DNA from: Azolla caroliniana
Taxonomy: Eukaryota > Plantae > Polypodiophyta
DNA: 64,000 nt
Assembly (NCBI GenBank): GCA_043228905.1
Contig: JBHGNT010000004.1
Location: 5,766,001-5,830,000 of the forward strand
Direction of reading: 5' to 3'
Program-made: the position numbers and the translations under genes
The notes under the pieces: generated by a model
The model's input: only the letters and a program-made list of their open reading frames with translations
Told to the model about the DNA's origin: nothing
The model's database searches: none
Part shown: positions 1 to 13,084 of the stretch, piece after piece
How positions within the stretch are numbered: the stretch's first letter is position 1
Layout of the letters: the number at the start of each line of letters is the position of its first letter

Positions 1-1981
1 TTGCTAGGATCCATTCCGGACAACTAGGAAACACTCGTGGTGACCTTGGGTAACACGGACCACAAGGTAAGTTGAGTTTTTTTTTTTTATAAGAGAAGAC
101 AATTGTCGATTGGGAGATAGAGAAGATAGGGTCGGCCTCCCAATCAACCGGCTATCGACTTTACTCAACCGATTCAAGCTGAGTCGATAGTTGGCCGAAT
201 CAAACATCAGTTGATCCGACCAAATTCGGATATGAACCAGTTGACTGAGTAGATAGGTGGCAAAATCAAAAGCCGACCAAGGAACACTAGGGGGTCAACC
301 GAGACAAGATCTCCTATAGACACACAAGGAGAGCCGGTCCGAAGAAGACAGTCGGCCGAACGAGGATCCAAAACCAATTCGGATGAAGAGCCAACTAAAG
401 AGGTCGAACAGGAGTTGATTGCTTCAAATGGAGGCTGGAGATACCCTTTGAGAGACAAAAGGCCCCCCGAAGATTTCCGGGTAGAGAATATGTATTGTTA
501 ACCGATGAGGGGGAGCCAGAAACCTTCGTGGAAACTAAGAGAGATGCCCATGGGAAAGAGTGGTTACATGCCATGCAAGATGATATGATTTCCTTGCATG
601 AGAACCACATGTACGAATTGACGGAGTTGCCGAAAGGGAAAATGGCAGCACTCCGGAACAAGTGGGTATATAAACTGAAGCCGGGAGAAGGTGGGAATCC
701 ACCCATATACAAAGCCCAAATCGTGGTGAAAGGCTTTCAACATAAGAAGGGTGTGGATTTCAACGAAACATTTGCCCCGGTAGTGAAGATGACAACATGG
801 ACTTCGAAGTTGAACAGTTGGATGTCAAAACTTTCCTATATGGAGATTTGGAGAAGAAATCTACATGTAGCATCCGAAAGGATTTGAAGAGAAAGGTAAG
901 GAAAACCTGGTACGCCGGTTGAGGAAGAGCTTATAAGGATTGAAGCAAGCACCTCGACAATGATACCAAAAATTCAAATCCTTCATGATGGAACATGCAC
1001 TCCACAAAACACAGGACGATCATTGTGTCTTTGTGAAGAAATATGATGGAGGAGACTTCCTTATCCTCTTGTTGTACGTTGATGACATGTTGATAGTTGG
1101 ACAAGATATGAAAAAGATAGCAAGCTTGAAGAAGGCTTTGGGAAAGTCCTTTGCAATGAAGGACATGGGTCCAGCTAGACAAATTCTCGGTATGCACATT
1201 TTCCGAGAGCAGACGAAGAAGTTGTTATGGTTTTCACAAGACAAATATGTGATGAAGGTGCTCTAGAGGTTCAACATGCAGGACGCGAAGCCAGTCGCCT
1301 CAACATTGCCGACAAACTGCAAGATGAATAGAAATCAATGTCTGAAGACGAAAGCAGAGAAAGTAGAGATGAATAAGATTCCCTTTGCCTCAACAGAAGC
1401 CTGATGTACACAATGGTTTGCACCAGGCCAGACATCGCACATGCAGTCGGAGTCGTCAACCGATTTATGAGTAATCCCGGAAAAGAGCATTGGGCAGCAG
1501 TAAAATGGATATTTTTGTACCTAAAAGGTACCTCTTGTGTGTGTCTCCAATTCGGCTTATGTAATCCCGTGTTGGAAGGGTTCACGGATTATGACATGTC
1601 GGCTGATGTTGATACCAGCCAATCAATGTCCGTATACGTGATGGTGTTTGTAGGGGGAGTCGTTTTGTGGTAGTCGAGGTTATAGAAGACTGTGGCTCTA
1701 TTGACCACAACAACTGAATACATGGTTGCGGTTGAAACCGACAAGGAAATCATCTAGATGAGAGACTTCATCAATGAACTAAGAATAAGGCAAGAGTGTT
1801 TCCTATTGCACCGTGACAATCATAGTGTCATCCACCTTGCCAATAATGTCGCCTACCACTCGAGAACTAAGCACATCCAGTGGAGATATCACTAGCTTAG
1901 AGACGGTACAAGAAAGGGACTTTACTCTGGTGAAGGTCCATACGAATTACAACGGATAGGACATGCTGACAAAGGTGTTGT
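1..1981 (+). mobile_element. Degenerate, internally deleted Ty1/Copia (Tork/Tnt1-like) gag/RT/RNaseH fragment
   Basis: Bases 1-60 translate as LLGSIPDN*ETLVVTLGN (gag; same as the 23865 and 45525 ORFs). The sequence then jumps near 70-90 to the post-integrase EKTIVDWEIEK segment. RT motifs KWVYKLK and LLLYVDDML, plus TRPDIAHAVGVV and RNaseH TKHIQ...DMLTKVL, follow up to 1981, with many stops and frameshifts. Confidence 0.9.
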
Positions 1982-2545
1982 TGTCACGGATGAACAATTG
2001 GAAGATAAAGAGATGGGAAGTTGATGAGAGAGAGATGGAGAAGTTGGTGACAATGAGTAATAATATCTATTCCATGATTGGTGTTGATCTCCTCGATGTT
2101 AACAAGGGAGATCAACCCTTTTTATACATGTAGTGATGTATGATAAGCATGCTCATGCCAAGTCTTACATATGATAATATCAAGCATACTAATTCTTGCA
2201 TGTCTAGTCTTACATACCAAGTCTTACATACCACTCTTTATACAAAGGTTTAAAGTCTAAAGTTTGTCTAGGAGAAATATATATATACAAGGACCTAAGG
2301 CTAGAATTTGAGTCGATGTTCATGACATTATCCTCCCCTTAAGCGCCGACTTCAAGAAGGTGCGGGTTTGTGAGGACATCAGAGAGGAAAATCATGAACC
2401 ACTTCCGGGGCATTGAGTAAGTTTCTAGCGAGCTCCCATGTTGCCTCAGAGATGGGATATCCTTTCCACAATACCAGATACTGGAGCTTCCGTCGGCTTT
2501 AACACGAGTCTAGAATGGTTTCGACTTCATACTCATCCTTAGTCA
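1982..2545 (-). mobile_element. 3' end of a Ty3/Gypsy chromovirus: chromodomain, PPT and 3' LTR
   Basis: The minus strand from ~2540 reads [39 protein letters not shown] (chromodomain). PPT AAGGGGAGGATAA directly precedes an LTR bounded by TGTCA...TGACA (1982-2327). Confidence 0.85.
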
Positions 2546-2549
2546 CTTA

Positions 2550-3570
2550 AATATATATTTCTAAATACTAACCACCCAATTCCTTTCCCCTTCATGGTTA
2601 ACTTCAACAACCAAGAATCAACCATTTACATCTCTATGAACCACTATTGGTTGCAAGCTCTCCCTTACAATAAATAACATGCCTGAATGAAGGCCTTCAT
2701 TGACTCTAGCATAAAAGACATGATATTGTTCTTGCTAAAGAGAAGACCCAAACTTAGCATGCTCCTTATGTTCTACTACACATAATATATCCCTTTGACT
2801 ATTAAAAATACTTTTCCACATACCATACAAGTTACACAAAGAGCAAATTCCCCTTGCATTCCATGTGACTATTTTCATCACTCGCTAATTATGTTGCTTC
2901 TTAGCCTATTCCATTTCCCGTTGTGCCAATATCTTTGGTATATCCCCGAAATAATCACTTAAGATTGCAGATGCATTTTGCACATATGGTCGATGATTAT
3001 CCGTGGATGCCATTATAACCCGTGAATTATTTCTTTTCCAATGTTGTTTCTTTATTGATAAATTAATTTTACCATTCTTATCAAACCTAAGGTTGAAAGG
3101 TCGTGTCCCTTGATTAGATTGTTTATAATGGGACCCTTGCCACGGTTTTGACCTCCCTTTCAATTTATCATAATTAGATACGTGTGATACCCATAGGATC
3201 TCTAGAGGAACTCGCCCTCTCTTACCCATGATGTTCATGAACTTTCTCTTTTTGGTACCTTGAATGATTGACCTTAGAGGCCACCTTAATCCAAGGTCCA
3301 TCCTCATCCATTAAATATTGTCTTCTTTCTTCAATATCATTGTCTAGGAAGCAAGCAAAAAGATCCAAAAGACGCATAAAAGAAATTTTTTGTGTTCCGG
3401 TGGATGCAAGATATAGAAAAATGGTTTGGTAGATGGGATGCAAGACACTTGCTTCATGATGCATCACTAGATTCCTCTATAAATGAGCCATTTTTGCAAT
3501 GCCAATGTATCCATGACATGGGACAAATGTGGAGGCTCACACTTCACACATTATACCACACATGTTGCAC
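2550..3570 (-). mobile_element. L1-type LINE remnant: probable ORF1 end plus ORF2 AP-endonuclease N-terminus
   Basis: From the ATG at 2878 (-) it reads MKIVTWNARG...DILCVVEHK...RDVNG*FLVVEV, the classic APE start motifs. Broken upstream ORFs (2906-3467) are assigned to ORF1 by position only. Confidence 0.7.
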
Positions 3571-3571
3571 C

Positions 3572-4046
3572 TAATTACAAAACCATATTCTTCGTGGAAC
3601 GGGGAAACCGTACACATCGATACATGTTAGAGCCCATCCCGTTATTTGCCATTTGAAACATTGCTTCCATGCGACTTAGGTCACATGCATTTCGATGTGA
3701 GACGGTGTGTTGGGGCACAAGTGATGAGAGTGACCGGCTATCCACAATTTGCCCTAAACAAGTTCGAGAGTTTGAGTATCACACTTTGATACAATGCTCT
3801 GCCTTTGATCATATTCGACCATGCTTTGCACACATCTTCGACCGAGCCCAATCCTTGCACGAATTTCTCTCACAACCACAATGTGCACTCTCGATTGCAA
3901 CATTCATTGGTAAAGTTCTTGAACATTGAGAGTCGCTACTCACTTTCACACATATCACGTGAAATGTAATATATTTGTTCTCATGGGTCATATTTTACCT
4001 CCGAAGACGAGAATAGAATATATCTATCTATCTATCTATCTATCTC
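3572..4046 (+). mobile_element. 5'-truncated non-L1 LINE (RTEX/L2/CR1-like ORF2 C-terminus) with (TATC)n tail
   Basis: ORF 3669-3929 reads LRSHAFRCETVCW...RLSTIC...EYHTLIQC, matching the SHxLxxETGRW and CCHC C-terminal pattern. A short 3' UTR ends in a TATC microsatellite (~4021-4045). Confidence 0.65.
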
Positions 4047-4649
4047 TTAATGGCACCTTTTTCTATTTCTATTTCTCTCTCAATGGCACGTCTCTTTCTT
4101 GATTGAAATATATATAAATGACTTAACCAACTTGAGTTGATTAAGTAGGGCTTAAGTTGTTTCAAATTGAGCTCAAACTAGTGACAGAAACTCAAGTCTA
4201 AACTGGACTACCAAACCAATCAATAAAGATTAAACAACTCATTTAGGCTTCAGCCAAACCATCAAAGACTCTTAGCTTGATTGATGAAGAGTGTAGTGAT
4301 CATAAGCATATATTCTTATGTGGGCTATATTTGCGGTGATGGCGAGACTTCTAACCACTTAAATAGGAGATTGGGAGACATCCTCTAATTCTATAACAAA
4401 CTCTTGCCAAACCCATTAACGTAGAAGGGAGAAGAATGCGTGGTTGTTGCAAATTGATGGGGGGTGAGGGGAAGTTGGAATCATTGAAGTAAGGTAGTTG
4501 CCATGGGGAGTGGGCACCCAATTGTTATACGAGTTTGTATGGGACATCGTGATAGAATCAAATGTCAATGTCATGTTCAGCCCCAATTCACGATAATAAC
4601 CAAAGAGAGGTTGAATTGCCAAAACATAACATAAACATCACCATCATTA

Positions 4650-6175
4650 TTTTATTTTTTATTAAAAAGATACACCTTAGTAAATTACTTGAGAAATGTA
4701 CATATAGAAAACAGAGGGAGACATTTCATCTCACCTCTATTGTAATACAAAACCTAATACCAACATCTGATGATACAGATGATATCACAATAGGAACAAA
4801 TGGAACACCATCTACAAGCTATGCAATAAAAAAGGAGGAATGGAATAATTCCACTTCATACCAAGAGACGTATCTGAAAATAAGTGAAGCCCTCGCTACC
4901 GTTTCTTAAAGTCCACTTGACGTTGCCTTTGAGCATCAGTTGTACCCTGCAAATCATCATATTGTCCACGTATGGTGTGGACAAATAACCACCAGAATTC
5001 AATAAGCATATTATTGAGATGTATGTGAGCATTATTAAAAACAGCATCGCATCTCGTTTTCCATATTGTTCACAGCGCTAGTGACGTAACAGTACGCCAA
5101 ATAACCAGATTTTCAGTTCTAAACCGAGGAATAACAGATGGAAATGAAGTGAGATAGATGTACCCATTGGAAAAGTAAAAAACATGAGAAGCATGCATAC
5201 GTTCGTAATTCATAACATCTCCATGAAGGACACCCCATAATACTGCACCCCACGAGAAAGTAGAACGAGCATAGTGGTTTCTTAGTAATAAAAACAACTT
5301 ACTCCAGAATTGCTTGATTTTGGGACACATCCAAAACAAATGCAAAATAGATTCCGTAGATTCACCACAATGCATTCCACAAGCATATTGTTGATTTTGC
5401 CTCAACCAATCACCAACAGGAAGAGCATAATGTATCAACAACCAACGAAAACAAATAACTTTTTTCGGCAACTGCATACTCCACAACCATTTCCAAAATT
5501 TTGTAAGTTGTAGTTCATTCACATTATTTGCAATCCAATGCTTCATGGCAGCCGGGCATTTATACTTTGATTGCAATAATAAATTTCTACCTAACTTAAC
5601 TGAATACTGAAAGAACTCTAAGTGTTTACCATTTCCATTAGCATTCGGTTTTTTCCATTGATAATCAGCTGGATCCCAATCCAAATTATAAAGCGGCTTT
5701 TTTTGAAAAACCCACAACGAACAACACCGTAAGCATTCTTGAAATGGTGGATCCAAGAGCCATTTTTTTCCCGATCTTGCAACTACTCGAATCGCTGAAA
5801 CATTGGCGGATATCCACACATCTGATTCAGAAAATACATGCCACAACCTACCATCATCATCCACATTAAAGTATATTACATCACCCATAGTGTTAGTTAC
5901 TTTAGCTCCTAAAATCACTTTTAGAGGAGAGAAATAACCAAACCAAATCTGATTGCTAGAGGGGGACCATGAAGCCATAAATTGTCCCAATGCCACTTGC
6001 ATATTATCGCACATAATAGCACTTCCTCGAACTGAAGGCCTCGACAAAGGTTGTAACTGTTGATTCATAACATAGCATCCCCATGCTTGAACATTACCTG
6101 CTATTGATGCATCCATAGAAGCCCAATTCAACCGAGGACGGCTACCATCACCATCATTATTCAATGCCAACCAAT
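4650..6175 (-). mobile_element. 5'-truncated L1 LINE: ORF2 C-terminus with zf-RVT domain, 3' UTR and A-rich tail
   Basis: ORF 5070-6170 contains FWKWLW..LPKKVICFRWLLIH.ALP....C..C...ESILHLFWMCP...FW, continued past a stop by *TIWKTRCDAVFN. A T-rich tract near 4650 on + is the poly(A) remnant. Confidence 0.85.
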
Positions 6176-6862
6176 GTTATTGGTTTAAGAAATTTGTGTT
6201 GGCACGATCTAATAAAACAAAATTGTACTTGCACTCAATTGATAATCATGACTATAGGGGAGATAAAATATCAATTGGATAGATAATAATGTATTGGTGA
6301 AGACCAACACTCACAATATGTGGGAGGATTCCCATGTTGGAAAAGAGGAAAGCTTCCTCTCCTTTCTTAGATAACTAACTCAAATAAGAAATTAGGTAAA
6401 TTTCTTAGATAACCAACTCAATTAAGAAATTAAGTAATGCAACAAAAGGGCGTAACCATTGCATTGTGATGAGTTAAGCAATATACGAAAGTACATAATG
6501 CATAAAACACAACATGCTTCAATCAGTTATGAAATCATAATAATATGAGAAAATTAACACTTTAATGCTAAGTTTGTTGGAAAGCATGGGAAGAAAGAGA
6601 GACAAAATAACCATAGCCTAAGTGTTAAGAAAGAGGAAGAATAACGAAAAAGGTATAAAAATGACATGTATACTCTTTTACATTGTGCTGGCCGTTATTA
6701 CACAGGGGTGATGACAATGTTTTACATTGTAGTTTTTCTTCTTTTATATTATTTCCCTTGTACACAAGCTTGCATTCTTGATATCACCACTATTTGCAAA
6801 ATGTGAAACTTGAAGTGTACAACAAACACTTAACACTTTTCAATTAGCATGAGAACAAGGAA

Positions 6863-7200
6863 TTCATATAGTTTCTTAGCATGATTTCTAGTAGCCTAGG
6901 AGTGATTGAGAGCTACAAATACCCAGTTGGGTAGAAATAAGGTAAATGATAATCCGAGTTTGCAATTAACACATTTCAATTGGCACGAGGATAAGGAGTT
7001 CATAAGTTTCTTAGCATGATTTCTAGTAGCCTAGGAGTGATTCAGAGCCACAAATACCTAGTTGGATAGAAATAGGGTAAATGATAATCCAAGTTTGCAA
7101 TTAACACATTTCAATTGGCACGAGGATAAGGAGTTCATATAGTAGACACATACCCAGTTGGGTAGACACATGATAAATGATAATATGAGTTTGCAACATG
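6863..7200. repeat. Tandem duplication, ~135-bp unit (2 copies plus a partial third)
   Basis: GTTTCTTAGCATGATTTCTAGTAGCCTAGG occurs at 6871 and 7006. A partial third copy TACCCAGTTGGGTAGA...AAATGATAAT lies near 7151. Confidence 0.85.
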
Positions 7201-7649
7201 ACCTTGGGCATGGATATAGAACTATGGCTGAGAGAAAGAGAAACACATATGCCTAGTGTAACTTGCACAGAATCGACACAACAATGTCCCTTGTTTCACC
7301 TACACTTAAGTGCTATGTAAAGACTCCTAGGTTTGGTATCCAGCAACAAGTAGACAATGTATTCCAAACTTGAAAGCAAGTGATGAGAAGAAACATATGC
7401 AATAATTGCCTAACAATGTTTGTAATGGTAATGTTGATTACATGACTATGTGACACAATGTAGTTTGAAAACACTCATAAACCATAAACAAGTCAAATTC
7501 ATAACATGAAGATCATCGTGAAGAATCGGTGGCTTACGGCACAAAACAAATCGACATTGACCCAAGCAGTTCCTAAGCATATGATAAATAATCATTTTTC
7601 TCCCATGCTTGATCTTTTCGCAAGGTTCCATAGATGGGGGGTTACATAC

Positions 7650-7978
7650 AAATTTAAATAGAAATACAAATAAAAGTAAAAAACTAAAAAACAAAGAATA
7701 AGAATAAGAATAAATATAAAAAAATAATTTGGAAAAAAAGGGGAAAAAAGAAAACAAATAATAAAAAAAGAAAAAAAGGGAATAAAAGGGAAAAAAAGAA
7801 AAAAGAAAAAAGAAAAAAGAAAAAAGAAAAAAGAAAAAAGAAAAAAGAAAAAAGAAAAAAAAGGAAAAAAGAAAAAACCAAAAAAGAAAAAAATAAAAAA
7901 AAAGAAAATAGAAAAAAAAGAAAAAAAGAAAAAAAATACAAATAAAAATAAAATAAAGGAATAAAAGATGAAAATAGT
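7650..7978. repeat. A-rich low-complexity tract with (GAAAAA)n core upstream of eIF3m
   Basis: About 330 bp almost devoid of C, with repeated GAAAAA units. Confidence 0.9.
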
Positions 7979-8010
7979 TTCTCTAGTAACACTCTCTTCC
8001 TATTTTCCGC

Positions 8011-8019
8011 TAACCCTAG
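8011..8019 (+). promoter_or_regulatory. Telo-box-like motif (TAACCCTAG) upstream of the eIF3m start
   Basis: One mismatch to the telo-box AAACCCTA, 125 bp upstream of the ATG. Telo-boxes are common in plant translation-machinery promoters, but the motif is short and could be chance. Confidence 0.4.
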
Positions 8020-8135
8020 GAAACACACAGACACAGGACACAGACACTGTCGAGCGAAGAAGCGACAGGCGATCGGAGGAAGCGCCATCGCTGCGTTTGT
8101 TCTCCTGAAGAAGGTACATCGGCACTCACGTCGAC

Positions 8136-11100
8136 ATGTCGATCGTGGTGGAGACCTCTGAAGAGAATGCAACTCTCGCCGTCGCCCGCTTCACTGCAGA
8201 AATGGCCTGGGCCGAAGCAGACCCTGAGGTACCAGTATTTTCTTTGCTTTCGTCTTTCATTCAATCCAGGCCGGTGTTCGCTGTTTCTGTTTGCGGATCT
8301 GAAATATCATTGCTTTTTCTCACCTTTTCCTTTTTTCTGTTTCTAATTTTTAGCTGGCGGAGACTCGAGTGGCTCGTATCTGCGATGAGGCTGAAGGCCT
8401 TATGCAGGAAGGGAGATGGTCGGATTTAGTTTCGCTTCTCCTTACTTCTTTCGACCTTGTCTTCGCAAATGCTCCAGAGAAAGGTGCATTGTTGTATATG
8501 TGTGTATCTATCTATCTATATACAGAGAGAGAGACCGTTGCGATGCCATTTTCATTTAATATCATGTTTTCATATTGATGAAAGCCACTGCTGCCAACAT
8601 ACCCAGGGCAAGATACATGTAATAACGTAAACATGGTGGAGGAAATAATCAAATCACTAAATTTATGCCCCAAAATAGACGATTAAGATGCGATAGTCAT
8701 TAACAACAATACTCTATTAGAAAGTAGATGGAAATATTAAAATGTCTAAAATCTCATGAGAGCATGCTTCTTGACCTCACCCATAGAGGTTCCATTCGTT
8801 ATGTCCTAGCAAGAGAATAAGGATATTTCTCAATGTTGAAGTGAGAATGATGATGCTGGAGAGGAAATCTGTAAAGGAAGAAAAAAGATGATTTGAGTAA
8901 GAAATATAGCACATTTTAGTTTTTTTTCTATGTTAATGACTGAGATAGGCAAACTTATAAAATTTCATAAAGTCAAACTAAATTTTTTTGTAAAGAGGTT
9001 TGTACTTAGTATTTCCTGTCATCGATACAATTGTACAATTAGATCAGTATGATGGATTGGGCTTTGCAATTGTATGAATAAACAATCCTGCAACTTGCAA
9101 CCTCAACCTATCCACATAATAACATTCAAAGAAAAGGGGGAGAGATGGTGAACAAGAAATCGATCATATTTATAATCGAATGGAATTGAAAAATTAGGAT
9201 ACATTGGTGTTAACATTGGGGATATTACGATTCACAAACAGAAAAAGTTTAGGAGACTTTGTGTCAAATTAGGAGTATGCTTGAAAGAAACTAACTCAAA
9301 TTTAAGAACAAAAAATGGGTCCCTTACACTAGTAGCATTTGATTAACATCTGTAATTTTGGGTAACTATGATATGCGGTTTTGGAACCCTGATGAAGTAA
9401 CGTTTAATATGTCTAGGGGTTGTGTGTGGTACTTTGGGGGCCAATACTGTACTTACTTAAATGTCTACAATTATACTTTTGGGAGTAAAAACATTCAGAG
9501 AGAAACAATGTGTTGTGAACTAATACTGCCAAAACATCAAATAGTTATGCGGTTTGGTTGAATTGGATAAAAATTCCAAGTTACATATAGCTACTCTCCT
9601 CAAAAACGAACTGTTTTGAATGAGCACAGGTCTTGGTTCTATACAGCACAGAAATTCAATGTATTTTAAGTGACCTAAACTAATTGATCATATTATATGA
9701 TCATCATTATTCAAAAGACTTGAGAGCAAATACAAGGCTTTGTGCAATTGGATAGAAGTCCAAGTTCTTTATAATTACTCTTCTTCAAAATGAAGTGTAT
9801 GAACTAGTTTAGATGTTAGTACTGTATGACACTAATTCTACATAACTTATGAAATCTATGCCAATTATTTGCATTCAATTGGGCTTCATCATTCAAATTT
9901 CAAATTCATTTTTGAGTGGAGAATCCTTGACACTGTTTCTACACATACATGAAATGAAGGATTGGAAACATTGCACACCTATCTATCTATCTATCAATCT
10001 ATCTATCTATAGCTAGACTCCTAAATTATAGGAATGGAGGAGGCTTTGAGTTTCATAAAAAACATTATTTGTTGTGTTTTTCATGATTTACGTAACACAA
10101 TTTTATTAAGATGCTAACATGCATTTTTTTTGCAGATCTAGAGTGTATTTTTGCAGTCATTTGTAACCTCGTTTCAAAAGCTCAAAGTCCTGATGAAGCC
10201 TTAGCAATGGCTGATCAGATTACAACAAAACTTACAGCTCATCCAAATGATAAGCCATCCATTCGACTGAGAATGTTAGTTCTATATCATATCAGTTATT
10301 AGTACAGTAAAATATTTTAGAATGCTGATATGAAATCCTGTTGCAGATTGTTCAACTTGTACAATATTCTCAGCAATCCTTATGGAAAGTTTTTGGTATA
10401 CAAGAGAGCATTAAAGCTGGCAATCAATGGTAAAGTTACTGATCTAATTCAGCCATCTTTTAAGAGAATTGATACCTTTCTGAAGGAATGGAATATTGGA
10501 CCGGCTGAGAAACGAGAACTCTACTATGGCATGACAAACATTTTGAAGGATACCAAAGGGTAACCCAAAGGCTCATCTTATGATTTCAGGTGCACTTTGA
10601 ACAGTTGTGATTTATGAAATCAAGCTTTTTTTATTGCAGCTCTGCAAAAGAGTCGTTCAATTTCCTTGTTAAGTATCTGGAAACATTTGCTGATGAAGAT
10701 ATAGTGACATTAAATGAGGCAAAAGAAGAAGCTGTAAGGGCTGTTATTGAGTTTGTCAAAGCAGCAGACATGTTTCAGGTAATCAAATTGATTGTTTCTG
10801 AGGCTAAGTTGAAGGTTGTTCTCATAGTGGATTCTCTTTCACAGTTTGAAGTTTTTTTGATGAACTATACCTTTTGATAATATTTTCGTCTATTCATTTT
10901 CTGGAATAATCACTTCCACATTCACATATTTTTTTAGTTACTAATCATCAGACATCTAAAAGAACCTTAGTTGAACTCCCTTTCTGTCATGATTCACATT
11001 CAATTATGTTTTGTAGTGTGATCTTCTGGACTTGCCGGCTGTACGCCAGCTCGAGAAGGATCCAAAATTTGCATCTGTATACATGCTGCTTGATATTTTC

Positions 11101-12110
11101 TTGACAAGGCGTTTGGAAGCATATCTGGAATTTCAGGCAGCAAATTCATCTCTCTTTACAACTTATGGTACACTTAACTATTCAATGGTATCATTTCTAA
11201 TTCTGTTTATGAAGCATTAATTTGTTTTAATTTTCATAAATATGTTGCTTCTCTGTATACAGGGCTTTCACATGAAGATTGCATAACTAAAATGAGGCTG
11301 ATGTCCCTTGGTGATCTGGCCTCCAAAATGCCTGAAATACCTTATGCACTTGTTCAGGAGACACTGAAGGTAGTCTTTCTTTCTACCATCTTTCAGCAAG
11401 TTCACATTTATAATTTCAAGAAGCTATCTCTAGACATCTCCCACCGTTTCTTCGAGGTTTTAAAGTAATATTTCTATGATTACATGTAAGGAATCCCTTA
11501 GGTAAGGTCTGATTCATATTGTTATTTTGAAAGATATCTGCGGATGAAGTTGAGTTCTGGATTGTTCGTGGCATAAGCTCGAAATTGATAGATGGCAAAA
11601 TGGACCAAATGCATGAAGTGGTAGCGATAAGGTATTTTATAGTTCACTTCAGCACATATGAGAAAATATTATTTGTGAACTAACTTGATGATACTGAGCT
11701 CTTGTAGTCGATGTACTGAGAGGGTGTTTGGACTAGCACAATGGAAAGAACTGTATTCAAAGCTAGGAGTGTGGAAAGTAAGATCTCTCTCTCTCTCTCT
11801 CTCTCCCTGTCTTGATATATTTATACACATATATACATACTTATATATTTACATATATACATATACATGTAAATCTGGATTTAAATATATATTGCTGCAG
11901 TTCATTCATGTGCTTTATCATCTTTCGATTAAACTTACTAGTCTATATGCCTTTCCTTTGATGTTTTGCCATGCTCCCATGTAAATTAACAATCTTAATA
12001 TTGATCTTTTTGGTCAGGAAAATGTTGGAAATGTTGTTAGAATTGTGCAGAATGCACGAGCAACGGGCGGAGACGTTCCTCAAGCACTACAGGCTCTTGC
12101 TATACATTAG
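8136..12110 (+). CDS. eIF3m: Eukaryotic translation initiation factor 3 subunit M (PCI domain), 10 exons, 410 aa
   Basis: Exons 8136-8228, 8354-8483, 10136-10274, 10347-10559, 10640-10778, 11017-11167, 11263-11369, 11534-11631, 11708-11777, 12018-12110. All introns are GT-AG with consistent phases (1233 nt total). Motifs DLECIFAVICNLV, LFNLYN, PSFKRIDTFLKEWNI, EAKEEAVRAVIEFVKA, FQCDLLDLPAVRQLEKD, KMRLMSL and KMDQM match plant eIF3m. Confidence 0.96.
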
Positions 12111-12520
12111 TAGAGAACGTAGAACAAATGCAACATTAGCATTTGGTGCCAGCTTCAAGTTTAGTTTGCTAGATGCAAGTTTCTTGCATACTAATCGTAA
12201 AATTTGCCTTTCAATGAGCAATCGGGTGGGCCTCATGTGGGGATCTATTCTTCGAGCTGAGTGATTTTTGTAGGTAATGCTTATGTTGTAAGAGTATTGT
12301 TATGGTGCTAGGCTTTTGGGTTCATTTTTGTGATTTTTTCTCTCTGTCACTTATTGACCTCTCACACTCTTTATCTATCTATATTTATTTATATATACCA
12401 CATACCACATGCATGAAAAATTATGTCACTAAAATTGTTGGAGGTTGTCTTTATTCTTCTAGGATGATGAGTGATATTAGTTATTTAAATTGTTTAATGT
12501 TGATCAAATTTTGAGCCACC

Positions 12521-12680
12521 CTTTGGCAACACGGGCAATGTGGTGCCCAACATTCAATTGGAATAGAACTTGTAGGTATTTTTTTTTTCGCCAAAACTCA
12601 ATACCTTTGTGTTTGGCAACTGAAACAATGTGTTGCCCAACATTCAATTGCCATTGAACTTGTGTTTTATTTTTGCCAAT
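12521..12680. repeat. Diverged ~90-bp tandem duplication
   Basis: TTTGGCAAC...CAATGTG.TGCCCAACATTCAATTG...GAACTTGT...TTTT.GCCAA appears twice. Confidence 0.7.
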
Positions 12681-13084
12681 GCATTATTGGAGTTTCAAAT
12701 TTGAGAACCAGAAAATTTCATAATGTAATCTAGATCCTAAATGTTATGAAGAGCCTCATTGTTTGGTGTACAAGACTGGCTACATGTCCAACTTTTTCTC
12801 TTGCCCAAGTTCTGTTTTATAATTTTCTTGTACATGAGTTGAAAAAAGGATTATGAAAAGCTGTGATCAGAAGACCCATTTTGTGTGCTTACAGCATTGA
12901 TACATTATTTTAATGTATGAAGTGATTCTGTAACCACTCCTGTTGTATGAAATGGTTGAATTATTCAATACGTTTATTAACAGAATGGGGGTGTCTACTG
13001 TCAGCTTAAACAGAAATCAATCTTCGAAGATTTCATTTGATGGTTATCATTTGATAACAAAATCAATGCATTTAATGACAAAAT

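Noticed and set aside
7446-8172. Phe-rich minus-strand ORFs resembling membrane proteins
   Set aside because: They are translations of the A-rich low-complexity tract and show no coding signal.
8848-8943. Possible intronic C/D snoRNA (ATGATGA...CTGA) in eIF3m intron 2
   Set aside because: No terminal stem or recognisable rRNA guide is present, and such motifs arise by chance in AT-rich DNA.
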